DNA from: an uncultured delta proteobacterium | GTDB lineage: Bacteria; Desulfobacterota; Binatia; UBA9968 | Reading direction: 5' to 3' | Assembly (NCBI GenBank): GCA_963771465.1 | Contig: CAVYTU010000014.1 | Coordinates: 576,001 to 640,000 of the forward strand | DNA: 64,000 nucleotides | Part shown: positions 1 to 10,668 of the stretch, in pieces | Position numbering within the stretch: position 1 is the stretch's first letter | Layout of the letters: every line of letters starts with the position of its first letter | Notes under the pieces: generated by a model | The model's database searches: none | The model's input: the letters and a program-made list of their open reading frames with translations, nothing else | Told to the model about the DNA's origin: nothing | Program-made: the position numbers and the translations under genes

Positions 1-40
1 CAACTATTTAAAATATCAGGGGTTTTTTAATTAGAAAAAC

Positions 41-69
41 TTGACACGTAATTCTATCGTGATTACGTT
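41..69 (+). promoter_or_regulatory. sigma70-type promoter of grpE-dnaK-dnaJ
   Basis: TTGACA (41-46), 17 bp spacer, TACGTT (64-69); AT-rich upstream. Confidence 0.6.
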
Positions 70-102
70 ACGACGACTACGGAGTGGAGTGACAAGCATA
101 AC

Positions 103-726
103 ATGACTGATGAAACGAAAATAATTGGCTCGGAATTCGACGCGGAGCAGCCAGCCACGGAATCAGCGCCGCTCGAAAACCAAGCTCCCGGGGAAGGTGA
201 GCTCGCCAGCCTGCGCGAGCAACTGGAAGCGAAAGAGCAAGAAGCCAAGAATAACTATGATCGATATGTTCGACAAGTAGCCGAAGCGGAGAATTTCAAG
301 AAGCGAAACGCGCGCGAGCGCGACGATGCCATTCGCTTTGCTAACGAAGCCTTGCTCAAAGATCTGCTACCGATCATCGATAACTTGGAGCGGGCGATCG
401 CCCACGCCGCTGGGAGTAACGACGGCAACTCTCTGGTCGCAGGCGTGGAAATGATTTTAAAAGGATTCCTCGATGTCTTGAACAAATTTGGCGTCTGTCA
501 AATTTCCGCCGTCGGCCAACCCTTCGATCCCGCCAAACATGAAGCGATGGCGCAGGTGGAATCCGTCGAGCACCCGCCCAATGTGGTTATGAATGAGCTT
601 CACAGAGGCTACATGTTTCGCGACCGGCTGCTTCGCCCAACCCTGGTAAGTGTATCTAAAGCGCCAGAAACAAAAGAGAAAAAAAACGACGGCGATCAGG
701 TTGAAAACGGCTCAAGCGATGATTAA
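103..726 (+). CDS. grpE: Nucleotide exchange factor GrpE
   Basis: AEAENFKKR, LLPIIDNLERA, FDPAKHEAM and GY..DRLLRP motifs; directly before dnaK. Confidence 0.97.
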   Translation: MTDETKIIGSEFDAEQPATESAPLENQAPGEGELASLREQLEAKEQEAKNNYDRYVRQVAEAENFKKRNARERDDAIRFANEALLKDLLPIIDNLERAIAHAAGSNDGNSLVAGVEMILKGFLDVLNKFGVCQISAVGQPFDPAKHEAMAQVESVEHPPNVVMNELHRGYMFRDRLLRPTLVSVSKAPETKEKKNDGDQVENGSSDD

Positions 727-775
727 ATAACTTTCGTTCGTACCTAGTGTGCAATAGTATCGAGGAGTAAATAAG

Positions 776-2698
776 ATGGCAAAAGTTATCGGGATCGACC
801 TCGGGACAACCAATTCCTGCGTTGCAATCATGGATACTGGCGACCCCAATGTCCTCGCCAACTCCGAAGGCAGTCGCACGACTCCGTCGGTGGTCGCCTT
901 CACGGACAGCGGCGAGCGCTTGGTCGGCCAAATCGCCCGTCGGCAGGCGATCACCAACCCGGAGAATACCGTCTCCGCGGTTAAACGTTTGATAGGCCGA
1001 CGTAGCGATGACGCCATGGTGCAGAAGGCCAGCAACCTGCTTCCGTATAAGATTATCCGTAATGATAATGGTGACGCCTGGGTCGAGATTCGCGGCAAAG
1101 GTTATAGTCCGGCGGAGATTTCCGCCTTTATCTTGCAAAAAATGAAGCAGACGGCGGAAGATTATCTCGGCGAGAAAGTGACCGAGGCCGTCATCACAGT
1201 GCCCGCCTATTTTAACGACAGCCAAAGACAGGCGACTAAGGATGCGGGGCGTATTGCAGGATTGAACGTTCTCCGAATCATTAATGAACCCACGGCAGCG
1301 TCCCTGGCCTACGGGTTAGACAAAAAGAAAGATGAAAAGATCGCTGTTTTCGATCTCGGCGGCGGCACCTTCGATATTTCTATTCTTGAATTAGGCGAAG
1401 GCGTTTTTGAAGTTAAAGCGACCAACGGCGATACGTTTCTTGGCGGCGAAGATTTCGACCAAAGAGTCATCGATTATCTCGCCGACGAGTTCAAGAAAGA
1501 CCAAGGCATCGATCTGCGCAAAGATCGCATGGCGCTGCAGCGGCTCAAAGAGGCGGCCGAGAAAGCGAAGTGCGAGCTTTCCTCGTCGATGGAAACCGAC
1601 ATCAATTTGCCCTTCGTCACGGCAGACCAGTCGGGTCCGAAGCATCTCAACATGAAGCTTACCCGGTCCAAGCTCGAAGCGCTGTGCGCCGACTTGATCG
1701 ATCGCACCGAAGGTCCGTGCCGCCAAGCGTTAAAAGACGCCGGCTTGAGTGCGAGTGACATTCACGAAGTCATTCTTGTCGGCGGTATGATCCGTATGCC
1801 CGCGGTGCAGGAGCGAGTTAAGAAGATTTTCGGTAAGGAGCCGCACAAAGGTGTAAACCCCGATGAGGTCGTTGCCGTCGGCGCGGCGATTCAAGGCGCG
1901 GTGCTTAAGGGCGACGTCAAAGATGTCTTGCTCTTGGACGTAACCCCGCTCTCCCTCGGAATTGAAACTCTGGGTGGCGTATTCACGAAGTTGATCGAAC
2001 GCAACACCACGATCCCGACCAAAAAGAGCCAAGTATTTTCCACGGCGCAGGACAATCAGTCAGCCGTATCGATTCGGGTTTTCCAAGGCGAACGAGAAAT
2101 GGCCGTCGATAATAAACTTCTCGGCCAGTTTGATCTCGTCGGCATTCCAGTGGCCCAGCGGGGCGTGCCGCAGATTGAAGTTACATTCGATATCGATGCC
2201 AACGGCATCGTTCACGTCGCGGCGAAGGATCTCGGCACCGGCAAAGAACAGTCGATCAAGATCACGGCGTCGAGCGGCTTGAGCGAAGAAGAAATTAAGA
2301 AAATGGTCGGCGAGGCTGAGGTGCACGCGGCTGAGGATAAGAAACGTAAAGACACGGTCGAAGCTCGTAACCAGCTCGACTCGTTGGTGTACTCCACCGA
2401 GAAATCGCTCAATGAATACGGCGGCGATCTCGATGCCGGGGTTAAGGAAAATATTGAGGCGGCGCTCAAGAAGGCTAAGGAAGTTTTAGAAGGCCAAGAC
2501 GCTGACGCGATGCGCAAAGCGGCGGCGGACCTTAGCGAGTCTTCGCACAAGCTCGCCGAAGCGATGTACGCTAAGGCTTCACAACAACAGGCGCCGCAGC
2601 AACAAGCGGAAGAAAAACCGGAAGAAAAGAATTCTAGCGCCGGCGGCAAAAAGAAAGACGACGTGGTCGACGCCGATTTCACTGAGGTTAAGGAATAG
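776..2698 (+). CDS. dnaK: Chaperone DnaK (Hsp70)
   Basis: [35 protein letters not shown]; C-terminal VVDADFTEV. Confidence 0.99.
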   Translation: MAKVIGIDLGTTNSCVAIMDTGDPNVLANSEGSRTTPSVVAFTDSGERLVGQIARRQAITNPENTVSAVKRLIGRRSDDAMVQKASNLLPYKIIRNDNGDAWVEIRGKGYSPAEISAFILQKMKQTAEDYLGEKVTEAVITVPAYFNDSQRQATKDAGRIAGLNVLRIINEPTAASLAYGLDKKKDEKIAVFDLGGGTFDISILELGEGVFEVKATNGDTFLGGEDFDQRVIDYLADEFKKDQGIDLRKDRMALQRLKEAAEKAKCELSSSMETDINLPFVTADQSGPKHLNMKLTRSKLEALCADLIDRTEGPCRQALKDAGLSASDIHEVILVGGMIRMPAVQERVKKIFGKEPHKGVNPDEVVAVGAAIQGAVLKGDVKDVLLLDVTPLSLGIETLGGVFTKLIERNTTIPTKKSQVFSTAQDNQSAVSIRVFQGEREMAVDNKLLGQFDLVGIPVAQRGVPQIEVTFDIDANGIVHVAAKDLGTGKEQSIKITASSGLSEEEIKKMVGEAEVHAAEDKKRKDTVEARNQLDSLVYSTEKSLNEYGGDLDAGVKENIEAALKKAKEVLEGQDADAMRKAAADLSESSHKLAEAMYAKASQQQAPQQQAEEKPEEKNSSAGGKKKDDVVDADFTEVKE

Positions 2699-2726
2699 TC
2701 AGCGCCGGAACGCGAAAAACTTGATC

Positions 2727-2769
2727 GGCAAAGCCCCTACTCCTGATTCTTGGGGAGAGGGGCTTTGTC
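2727..2769 (+). terminator. Stem-loop between dnaK and dnaJ (terminator/attenuator or mRNA stabiliser)
   Basis: GGCAAAGCCCCT...AGGGGCTTTGTC inverted repeat; weak U tract. Confidence 0.55.
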
Positions 2770-2805
2770 GCTTATACCGCTAGAGATAAATTCAGGGGTT
2801 GGCAC

Positions 2806-3918
2806 TTGAGCAGCAAGAAAGACTACTACGAGCTACTCGGCGTCGGGCGAACGGTTGGCGAAGAGGAGATGAAGAAAGCCTACCGGAAAATGGCGCTCCA
2901 ATACCATCCCGATCGTAATCCTGGAGACAAACAAGCCGAAGAAAAATTCAAAGAAGTTTCTGAAGCCTACTCGGTTCTGTCCGACCCTCAGAAGCGCTCG
3001 CAGTACGATCAGTTTGGTCATGCCGCGTTCGGCGAGCATGGACCGTTTGCCGGCGGCTTCGAATTTTCCGGTGGTTTTGAGGATATTTTCGGCGATATCT
3101 TCGGTGAGTTTTTCGGTGGCGGCCAAGGACGTCGCCGTGGCCGCGGTCGCGGCGAAGACCTGCGCTACAACCTAACGCTCAAATTCGAAGAAGCAGTTGC
3201 CGGCACAGAAAAGAAAATCAAAATTCCCCGCCACGGCACCTGCGAGACCTGCCGCGGCAACGGTGCGAAGCCGGGAACGGCGCCGCAAACTTGTCCAACT
3301 TGTCGTGGCCGCGGTCAAGTGAATTTTCAGCAGGGCTTCTTCAGTGTGTCGCGAACCTGCAACCAGTGCCAAGGTCAGGGATCGATTATCAAGGACGCTT
3401 GCGCGACTTGCGGCGGCGCCGGCCGCGTGCGCACGATGCATACGCTCAGCGTGAAGATTCCCGCCGGGGTCGACAACGGCTCCCGGCTAAAACTTCGTGG
3501 TGAAGGTGAATCGGCGCCGGTGGGCGGCGCTGCCGGTGATCTCTATGTTGTGACTCAGGTAGAGCCCCATCCGATTTTTCTGCGCGACAACTTGGACATC
3601 ATTTGCGACGTGCCGATCAGCTTTGTCCAAGCAGCGTTGGGCGCTGAAATTGACGTACCTACATTAGACGGCAAAGTAAAGATGAAGATTCCGGCTGCGA
3701 CACAGTCGGGCAAAATCTTTCGCATGAAAGGCAAGGGTGTCAAAGACGTGCAGGGATTTCAGCAGGGCGATCAACATGTCCGGGTGACAGTTGAAACGCC
3801 GACCCATCTCACGGCCAAGCAGAAAGAGCTGTTGAAGGAATTCGCCGCCCTCGGCGGCGAAGAGGTCAATCCGCTCGCCAAAGGCTTCTTTGATAAGATG
3901 AAGGAATTGTTCGGTTAG
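2806..3918 (+). CDS. dnaJ: Chaperone DnaJ
   Basis: J domain with HPD, G/F-rich region, four CxxCxGxG repeats; TTG start. Confidence 0.98.
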   Translation: MSSKKDYYELLGVGRTVGEEEMKKAYRKMALQYHPDRNPGDKQAEEKFKEVSEAYSVLSDPQKRSQYDQFGHAAFGEHGPFAGGFEFSGGFEDIFGDIFGEFFGGGQGRRRGRGRGEDLRYNLTLKFEEAVAGTEKKIKIPRHGTCETCRGNGAKPGTAPQTCPTCRGRGQVNFQQGFFSVSRTCNQCQGQGSIIKDACATCGGAGRVRTMHTLSVKIPAGVDNGSRLKLRGEGESAPVGGAAGDLYVVTQVEPHPIFLRDNLDIICDVPISFVQAALGAEIDVPTLDGKVKMKIPAATQSGKIFRMKGKGVKDVQGFQQGDQHVRVTVETPTHLTAKQKELLKEFAALGGEEVNPLAKGFFDKMKELFG

Positions 3919-4014
3919 TACTTTACCTCGCCGGGTGATCCATTCTCCCTCGATTCAAAATTCTACCGCTCGGCTCCTTAATTGTAAGAATCTGCTCTGC
4001 CGGCCAGTTTCTTG

Positions 4015-4043
4015 TTGACCTATCGTATCGCTGTGATTAAGTT
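4015..4043 (+). promoter_or_regulatory. Putative promoter of lon
   Basis: TTGACC, 17 bp spacer, TAAGTT; GGAG RBS upstream of ATG 4064. Confidence 0.45.
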
Positions 4044-4063
4044 GACCCAGCATTGGAGCCAAA

Positions 4064-6565
4064 ATGAGCGAAACCGAATGGAAAGTTGAAAGTCCGGACA
4101 ATAAGGGCACACAGGTCGATATTCCCGAGATCCTGCCGCTCTTGCCGATCCGCGATATCGTCATTTATCCATACATGATGCTGCCGCTCTTCGTTGGCCG
4201 CGACGTGTCGATTCGCGCCGTTGAAGAAGCGTTGTCGCGCGACCGTTTGATCTTTCTCGTGTCGCAGAAAAATTCCGCCGAGGAGAATCCCACTCCCAAC
4301 GACATCCATAAAGTCGGCACCATCGCCTCAATCATGCGCATGCTCAAGCTCGCCGACGGCCGGGTGAAAATTCTTGTCCAAGGGTTGGCCAAAGGGGAAG
4401 TGGACAGCTATCTGCGTGAGCGGCCGTTCTTCGAAATCAAAATTCGCAAAGTGATCGAGCCGACGCTCGCCGAGGTACCGATCGAAGTTGAAGCGCTCAT
4501 GCGGACGGCGAAAGAAAAGATCGAACAAATCCTCAATCTCAAGAACCTACCGCCGGAAATCGTCATGGTGACCGACAACATCAGCGATCCCGGCGTGTTG
4601 GCGGATTTGGTCGCGTCCAACCTACGGCTGAAGATCGAAGAGAGCCAGGCGATCCTTGAAGTCTTCGATCCCATCGAACGGTTGAAGAAAGTCAACGAAC
4701 TGCTCACGCGCGAGCTCGAACTCTCGACGATGCAGGCGCGCATCCAAAATCAGGCCAAAGAAGAGATGAGCAAAACTCAGCGCGATTACTTCCTGCGCGA
4801 GCAGCTCAAACAGATTCAGCAAGAACTTGGCGAAGGCGATGAGCGCGCTGAAGAACTCGGCGAGCTCAAAAAGCAGATCGACAAGGCGAAGATGCCGACC
4901 GAGGTCAAGCGCGAAGCGGACAAGCAGCTACGCCGGCTCGAACAGATGCATCCAGAATCCTCCGAGGCATCGCTCGTGCGTACCTATCTCGACTGGCTGG
5001 TGGACTTGCCATGGAGCAAGAAGACCAAAGATAATTTGAACATCAAGAAAGCCAAACAGGTGCTCGACGAAGATCATTACAATCTGGAAAAGATCAAAGA
5101 ACGCATTCTGGAATATCTCGCCGTCAATAAGCTCCGCCGCAAGATCAAAGGACCGATCTTATGTTTCGTTGGCCCGCCGGGCGTCGGCAAAACCTCGCTG
5201 GGGCGCTCCATCGCCCGCGCCCTCGGACGCAATTTCGTGCGCGTTTCCCTCGGCGGGGTGCGCGACGAGGCGGAGATTCGCGGCCACCGGCGCACCTACG
5301 TCGGCGCGCTTCCCGGTCGCGTGATTCAAGGCATCAAACAAGCTGGATCGAATAATCCAGTTTTTATGCTCGACGAGATCGACAAAGTCGGCGCCGATTT
5401 TCGCGGCGATCCGTCCGCGGCATTGCTGGAAGTATTGGATCCCGAGCAGAACCACGCCTTCAGCGATCACTATTTGAATTTGCCCTTCGATCTGTCCAAT
5501 GTTCTGTTTATCTGCACCGCCAACCTGCTCGATCCCGTACCGGCAGCGTTGGCCGATCGTATGGAAGTCATTCAACTTTCCGGCTACACCAACGAAGAAA
5601 AACTGGAGATCGCGCGGAAATTCTTGATTCCGCGCCAGTTTGACGACAACGGCATCACGCCAAAATACTTGGAAATCTCCAACGACGCCTTACTGCGCGT
5701 CATCGCCGAATACACGAAAGAAGCTGGTTTGAGAAATCTCGAACGGGAACTCGCGTCGATCTGCCGCAAAATCGCGCGCAAGGTCGCCGAGGGAAAAACC
5801 GATCTCACCCGGCTGACCCGCGGCAATCTGCACATGTTCCTCGGCGCACCGAGGTTCTTACCGGAGGCGGAGCAAGAGCATAATGAAATCGGCGTGGCCA
5901 CCGGGCTCGCCTGGACTAGCACCGGCGGCGAGATTCTCTACGTGGAAGCATCGCTGTCGCGCGGGCGCGGCAATCTAACCCTTACCGGGCAGCTTGGCGA
6001 CGTTATGAAAGAGTCGGCGCAAGCGGCCGTGAGTTATGCCCGCGCGCACGCTAAGAAACTTGGTATCGAGGAAGATTTTTATCAGAAACTCGACATTCAT
6101 ATCCATGTGCCGGCCGGCGCGATTCCCAAGGACGGACCGTCGGCAGGCATCACCATGGCGACGGCGCTGATTTCAGCGTTAACCCGCCGACCTGTGCGCC
6201 GCGATGTGGCGATGACGGGCGAAATCACGCTCCGTGGACGAGTGCTGCCGATCGGCGGACTCAAGGAAAAATCCTTGGCGGCGTTCCGGGCCGGAATGAA
6301 AACGATCGTGATTCCCGATCGCAATGAAAAAGATTTGGATGAGATTCCCAAACCGTTACGGCGAAAACTCAAGTGGGTGATCGCCGAGCATATGTCCGAT
6401 GTATTGAAGAACGCGCTGCTGGATCGAGAACGAGTAGCGAGCCGCGTCACGCGTACGCTTGCCGGTAAAAAGAAGACGGTCGCGGCGAAACGAAAGCTCG
6501 CCGCGAAAAGCCACCGCCCGCTGCGTAAACCACACAAAGAGCGGCGGATTCCGATTCAGCCTTAA
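4064..6565 (+). CDS. lon: ATP-dependent protease Lon (endopeptidase La)
   Basis: Lon N domain, Walker [20 protein letters not shown], catalytic PKDGPSAG and IGGLKEK. Confidence 0.98.
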   Translation: MSETEWKVESPDNKGTQVDIPEILPLLPIRDIVIYPYMMLPLFVGRDVSIRAVEEALSRDRLIFLVSQKNSAEENPTPNDIHKVGTIASIMRMLKLADGRVKILVQGLAKGEVDSYLRERPFFEIKIRKVIEPTLAEVPIEVEALMRTAKEKIEQILNLKNLPPEIVMVTDNISDPGVLADLVASNLRLKIEESQAILEVFDPIERLKKVNELLTRELELSTMQARIQNQAKEEMSKTQRDYFLREQLKQIQQELGEGDERAEELGELKKQIDKAKMPTEVKREADKQLRRLEQMHPESSEASLVRTYLDWLVDLPWSKKTKDNLNIKKAKQVLDEDHYNLEKIKERILEYLAVNKLRRKIKGPILCFVGPPGVGKTSLGRSIARALGRNFVRVSLGGVRDEAEIRGHRRTYVGALPGRVIQGIKQAGSNNPVFMLDEIDKVGADFRGDPSAALLEVLDPEQNHAFSDHYLNLPFDLSNVLFICTANLLDPVPAALADRMEVIQLSGYTNEEKLEIARKFLIPRQFDDNGITPKYLEISNDALLRVIAEYTKEAGLRNLERELASICRKIARKVAEGKTDLTRLTRGNLHMFLGAPRFLPEAEQEHNEIGVATGLAWTSTGGEILYVEASLSRGRGNLTLTGQLGDVMKESAQAAVSYARAHAKKLGIEEDFYQKLDIHIHVPAGAIPKDGPSAGITMATALISALTRRPVRRDVAMTGEITLRGRVLPIGGLKEKSLAAFRAGMKTIVIPDRNEKDLDEIPKPLRRKLKWVIAEHMSDVLKNALLDRERVASRVTRTLAGKKKTVAAKRKLAAKSHRPLRKPHKERRIPIQP

Positions 6566-6632
6566 CAACAACCAAGGCTATTCTGCTATCGCTCAGAATT
6601 TTAATCGCCGTCGCACCTCTTAACCCACAGCG

Positions 6633-7622
6633 ATGAAGCTCAGCCGGCTCGGAGAATTCGGTCTGATCGAGCGAATCCGCCGCAGCGCGCCGACTCGGCG
6701 CGGCGTGCGCATCGGCATCGGCGATGACGCCGCTTGGGTCAGCCATGGGTCTGGATCGTCGCTGATCACCGCCGATCTGTTAATCGAAGGCATTCACTTC
6801 GATCTCAACTGGACTTCGCTCTTCGCCCTTGGCCACAAATCCCTCGCGGTTAACTTAAGCGACATCGCCGCCATGGGTGGAACGCCGGCTTATGCGGTTC
6901 TCTCCCTTGGTATTCCGCGCCATTTTGATAGCAAGCAGATCGACGAGTTTTATCGCGGCTTCAACGCGCTGGCAAAAAAATCGGACGTAGCGCTGATTGG
7001 CGGCGATACGAATATGGCCAAATCGCTAATCATCTCGGTTTGCGTTATCGGTCATCCGCCGCTTCGCCCGGTTCGCCGCAGCGGCGCCAAAGTTGGTGAT
7101 GATGTTTATGTCACCGGCACCTTAGGCGATTCCGCGCTTGGCTTAAAACTCGTACGCCAGAAACCAAGCCGGGCAAAGCGGATTTCAATTGCGCAATTGC
7201 TCGCGCGGCACCATCAACCGGCACCTCGACTTGCCGCCGGCGCACTACTGGCACGGCGCCATCTGGCCACGGCGATGATCGATATCAGCGATGGATTGCT
7301 CCAAGACTTAGGGCATATTTGCAAAGCCAGCAACACTGGAGCGGCGATTTGGCATGAACAATTGCCGCTTTCTCGTGCCTATCGTAAGTTTGCCGCTAAA
7401 GATGGCACTGTTTGGGCGCTCTGCGGCGGTGAGGACTATGAACTGCTGTTCTGCGCTCGGCGGCGCGCTCGCGCGCAGATTGAGAAGTTGCAAGCACTTG
7501 CCCGAGTCAAATTCACGAGAATCGGCAGCTGCGTTCCGGCCAATCAGCGAATCACGATACTCGATCACGGTGGCAACCCTTTGCCACTGCCGATTAAAGG
7601 TCACGATCATTTCAAAAAATAG
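6633..7622 (+). CDS. thiL: Thiamine-monophosphate kinase
   Basis: GEFGLI, GIGDDAA, AVNLSDIAAMGG, GGDT, DISDGL, GGEDYEL, terminal GHDHF. Confidence 0.95.
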   Translation: MKLSRLGEFGLIERIRRSAPTRRGVRIGIGDDAAWVSHGSGSSLITADLLIEGIHFDLNWTSLFALGHKSLAVNLSDIAAMGGTPAYAVLSLGIPRHFDSKQIDEFYRGFNALAKKSDVALIGGDTNMAKSLIISVCVIGHPPLRPVRRSGAKVGDDVYVTGTLGDSALGLKLVRQKPSRAKRISIAQLLARHHQPAPRLAAGALLARRHLATAMIDISDGLLQDLGHICKASNTGAAIWHEQLPLSRAYRKFAAKDGTVWALCGGEDYELLFCARRRARAQIEKLQALARVKFTRIGSCVPANQRITILDHGGNPLPLPIKGHDHFKK

Positions 7623-7699
7623 TAGCCCACCGATGGAATAACGTTTAGACTATTTTCCGAGCAGCTCTATATCGATTCCATCGCCAAACCCGTAATTAA

Positions 7700-8449
7700 A
7701 TGGATGCCGAGCGTCTGGTAGAATTACTCGAGCAAGTGCGCTCGGGAAAAATCGCGGTTTCAGCCGCGGTGAGCCGCTTGCGCCACATGCCTTTCGAGGA
7801 TCTTGGCTTTGCCAAGATCGACCATCACCGCGCCCTGCGCCAAGGCTTTCCCGAAGTGATCATGGGACAAGGTAAGCAAGTAAAGGATATCGCAGCGATC
7901 GTGCGGGCGATGCGTCGCGGTAAGTCAAATATTTTGCTTACCCGGCTCGACGCCGATAAAATCGCTAGGCTTAAGCGGCTTCGCACCGGGCTTACGTTTC
8001 ATCCGACGGCGCGCGCCGCGACCTGGGTGGGCAGGCCCATTCGAATCACGGGAAAAGGCGTCGTTTTAGTTGTCTGTGCCGGTACTTCCGACATTCCCGT
8101 CGCCGAAGAAGCGGCGCTGACGGCGACGATAATGGGCAATCGAGTTGAAAAAATTTTCGACGTTGGCGTGGCCGGCATACATCGCTTGTTGGAAAGTCGT
8201 CCGCGCTTGGACGCCGCGGCGGTGTTGATCGTCATCGCCGGTATGGAAGGCGCGCTACCGAGCGTGGTGGCCGGGTTGATCGATAAGCCGGTGATAGCCG
8301 TGCCAACCAGCGTAGGCTACGGCGCGAGTTTCCACGGGCTATCGGCCTTGTTAGGCATGCTCAACTCTTGCGCCGCTGGCGTAACGGTCGTCAACATCGA
8401 TAATGGCTTCGGTGCCGGGTTTGCGGCGAGCCTCATAAACCGGGTATAA
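7700..8449 (+). CDS. larB: Nickel-pincer cofactor biosynthesis protein LarB (PurE-like)
   Basis: AGTSDIPVAEEA, DVGVAGIHRL, AGMEGALPS, PTSVGYG, MLNSCA, VNIDNGFG. Confidence 0.92.
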   Translation: MDAERLVELLEQVRSGKIAVSAAVSRLRHMPFEDLGFAKIDHHRALRQGFPEVIMGQGKQVKDIAAIVRAMRRGKSNILLTRLDADKIARLKRLRTGLTFHPTARAATWVGRPIRITGKGVVLVVCAGTSDIPVAEEAALTATIMGNRVEKIFDVGVAGIHRLLESRPRLDAAAVLIVIAGMEGALPSVVAGLIDKPVIAVPTSVGYGASFHGLSALLGMLNSCAAGVTVVNIDNGFGAGFAASLINRV

Positions 8450-8462
8450 AAGGAGGCATGCA

Positions 8463-8765
8463 GTGCTCTTTCACTGCGGCAGAGAGCTTTTAGAGACGCG
8501 CCACAAGCCGAGGAGCTTCCAGGTTGATGACCATCGACTCCATACCGACCACATAGAATTGGATTTTCTAGTTAACCCAAAACCAGACGCTCTGCCGCTG
8601 CGTTACTTAAGGCTGATCCACCCTGTCCATATTCTCACTTGCGTTGATTGCTATGCACGCGCGGAAATCCGCCAACGATTGGATGACGACATTAACGGCC
8701 GGCGCGCGCTAGTGGATGCGCGCGTCCATGGAGAAAATCTAGCTCAGATCAGTCCCAAGGGCTAA
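8463..8765 (+). CDS. Small hypothetical protein with Cys/His motifs
   Basis: AGGAGG (8451-8456) 6 nt before GTG; fills the larB-archease gap; HCG and CVDC motifs. Confidence 0.6.
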   Translation: MLFHCGRELLETRHKPRSFQVDDHRLHTDHIELDFLVNPKPDALPLRYLRLIHPVHILTCVDCYARAEIRQRLDDDINGRRALVDARVHGENLAQISPKG

Positions 8766-8771
8766 ACGATC

Positions 8772-9197
8772 ATGGAGACCCAGAAAAATTACCGGATCAC
8801 CACACATCAAAACGAATTGGCCGTGCGTATCGTCGGCAACTCGCAAGCGGACCTTTTCGCCAATTCCGGCTTCGCATTGTTCGATGTTATGTCGGATATT
8901 GATAAAATCGAAGCCGCCGAGCGGCTTTCGCTGGAGGTCGAGGGCAGCGACCGCGATGACGTGATGGTCAATTGGATTCGCGAGCTGCTTTATCTCTATC
9001 AGGGCGGCGGCTATCTGCTCAAGGAATTCAAAATTAACGAGGTCAATGATACTTCGGTGAAGGCGGAAGTGGCCGGCGAGAAAATCGATCCCGATCGCCA
9101 CGAGATCAAACAAGAAATCGCCGCCGTGGCTTTTCATAAAAGCCGCATGCAAAAAACTGGCAACCGCTGGATCGCCCAGGTGATCTTCGAAATATAG
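8772..9197 (+). CDS. Archease-family (SHS2) protein with divergent motifs
   Basis: 141 aa; LFANSGFALF, WIRELLYL, GEKIDPDRH..EI.AV.FH and terminal VIFEI follow the archease layout. Confidence 0.85.
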   Translation: METQKNYRITTHQNELAVRIVGNSQADLFANSGFALFDVMSDIDKIEAAERLSLEVEGSDRDDVMVNWIRELLYLYQGGGYLLKEFKINEVNDTSVKAEVAGEKIDPDRHEIKQEIAAVAFHKSRMQKTGNRWIAQVIFEI

Positions 9198-9266
9198 GTG
9201 AAGTCAAAACCCAGTCACGGTTCCGACTGTGAAATTTGTAGTTTGAAATTCTGAGCCAATCGAAGA

Positions 9267-10668
9267 ATGACGCAGTCAATCGACAACGAGTATGGCGGTA
9301 CGGCGCTGATCGCCGATCCGATCCATAAATACATCCAGTTCACCGTGCCGGAGAAAAAAGGCGAGGTGACGGAAAAAGCGCTGATCGACTCGCCCTGGGT
9401 GCAGCGCCTGCGTTACATCTATCAGCTGCAGAGCGCGCGCTGGGTTTACCCGTCAGCGGAACATAGCCGTTTTCAGCACTCGCTCGGTGCCATGCACATG
9501 GCCGGCGAGTTCGGCAAGCATCTCTATCCCTCGCTGCGCAAAGTGCTGGGCGACGAGTGTCCATCGGCGCCGTTCATCGAGCAGTACATGCGCGTGGTGG
9601 GCCTCCTGCACGACATCGGCCACGGCCCCTTCGGCCATTTTTTTGACGACAATTTTCTCCATCATTATGAATTGACCCACGAGGATATCGGCCAGACGAT
9701 TATCCAAAAACATTTGGGCGACATTATTCGGCAACTGCGACGTAGTCCGAGCGGCCCGTTTGCGCCGGGCGAGGAGTTGCGCCCTGAAGACGTCGCCTTC
9801 CCGATCAAGAAAAACGGCAAAGAAGACAACCGCAAACCCAAGTGGGTGCGCTTTCTCCAGCCGCTCACCGGCGGTATTTTTACTTTTGATAATCTCGACT
9901 ATGTGTCGCGCGACTCCTACATGTGCGGCGTTCATCCCGGTCCCATCGACCGCGAGCGATTGATGCACTACACGTTTTTTACGCCCAAAGGCTTAACCGT
10001 GCACAAGGCGGGAAACAACGCGTTGACGACCTTTCTCAACGCCCGGCTCTATCTTTATACCAACGTTTACTACCACCGCACCACGCGCGCCATCGACTTA
10101 CACCTGCGCGACATATTTCCCGAGACCATGAAAGTTCTGTTTCCCGGCAATCCGCTCGAACATATGGAGGACTATCTTTACCTCACCGACTGGTCGCTGC
10201 TCGAAGAAGTTTCGCGCTGGCGGCGCGGCAAAGGCGAGCGTGAAGCGCTGGGTAAAGAATGGGAATCCGTGCTGCACCGCGAGGTCAAGTGGAAAATGGC
10301 CTACGACCGCACGCTGTCCTTGAACGAGCTGCAATACGGCGTCGACCTGATCCAGGACACCGATTGGGAGAAGCGCATTCGTTCGCGATTGCCCGCTGCA
10401 ATTGCGCGATCTCGTTTTCCGCGTCGATATGGCCACTCAAGATCCGCGCCCGGAAAATCCCTTCGCGATGGGCAAGAAGCAGATTCACATATTCGACCCA
10501 TCGAGCGGCGAGATCGCCAAGGAATCTTTGGCCGAGCTGTTCGAATTCATCCCGTCAAAGATCGTCCAATTTCGCGTCTTCGCTCTCGATCACGAGCAGG
10601 ATCAGCTTCTTTCCGAAGTTGCGGAAAGCGCATTAAAAGGGCGATCGGCGATCAAAACCAGTGTCTAG
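9267..10668 (+). CDS. HD-domain phosphohydrolase (SAMHD1/YdhJ-like dNTP triphosphohydrolase); +1 frameshift near 10400
   Basis: DPIH, QRLRYIYQL, YPSAEHSRFQHSLG, LLHDIGHGPFGH, DNLDYVSRD, VYYHRT; the C-terminus continues in ORF 10402-10668. Confidence 0.85.

Noticed and set aside
1-102. CIRCE/HrcA operator before grpE
   Set aside because: No TTAGCACTC-N9-GAGTGCTAA in the visible upstream sequence
656-2682. Long antisense ORFs opposite dnaK (similar ones opposite lon, atpA, atpD, msrA)
   Set aside because: Shadow ORFs expected from codon bias in conserved GC-rich genes; no RBS or family motifs
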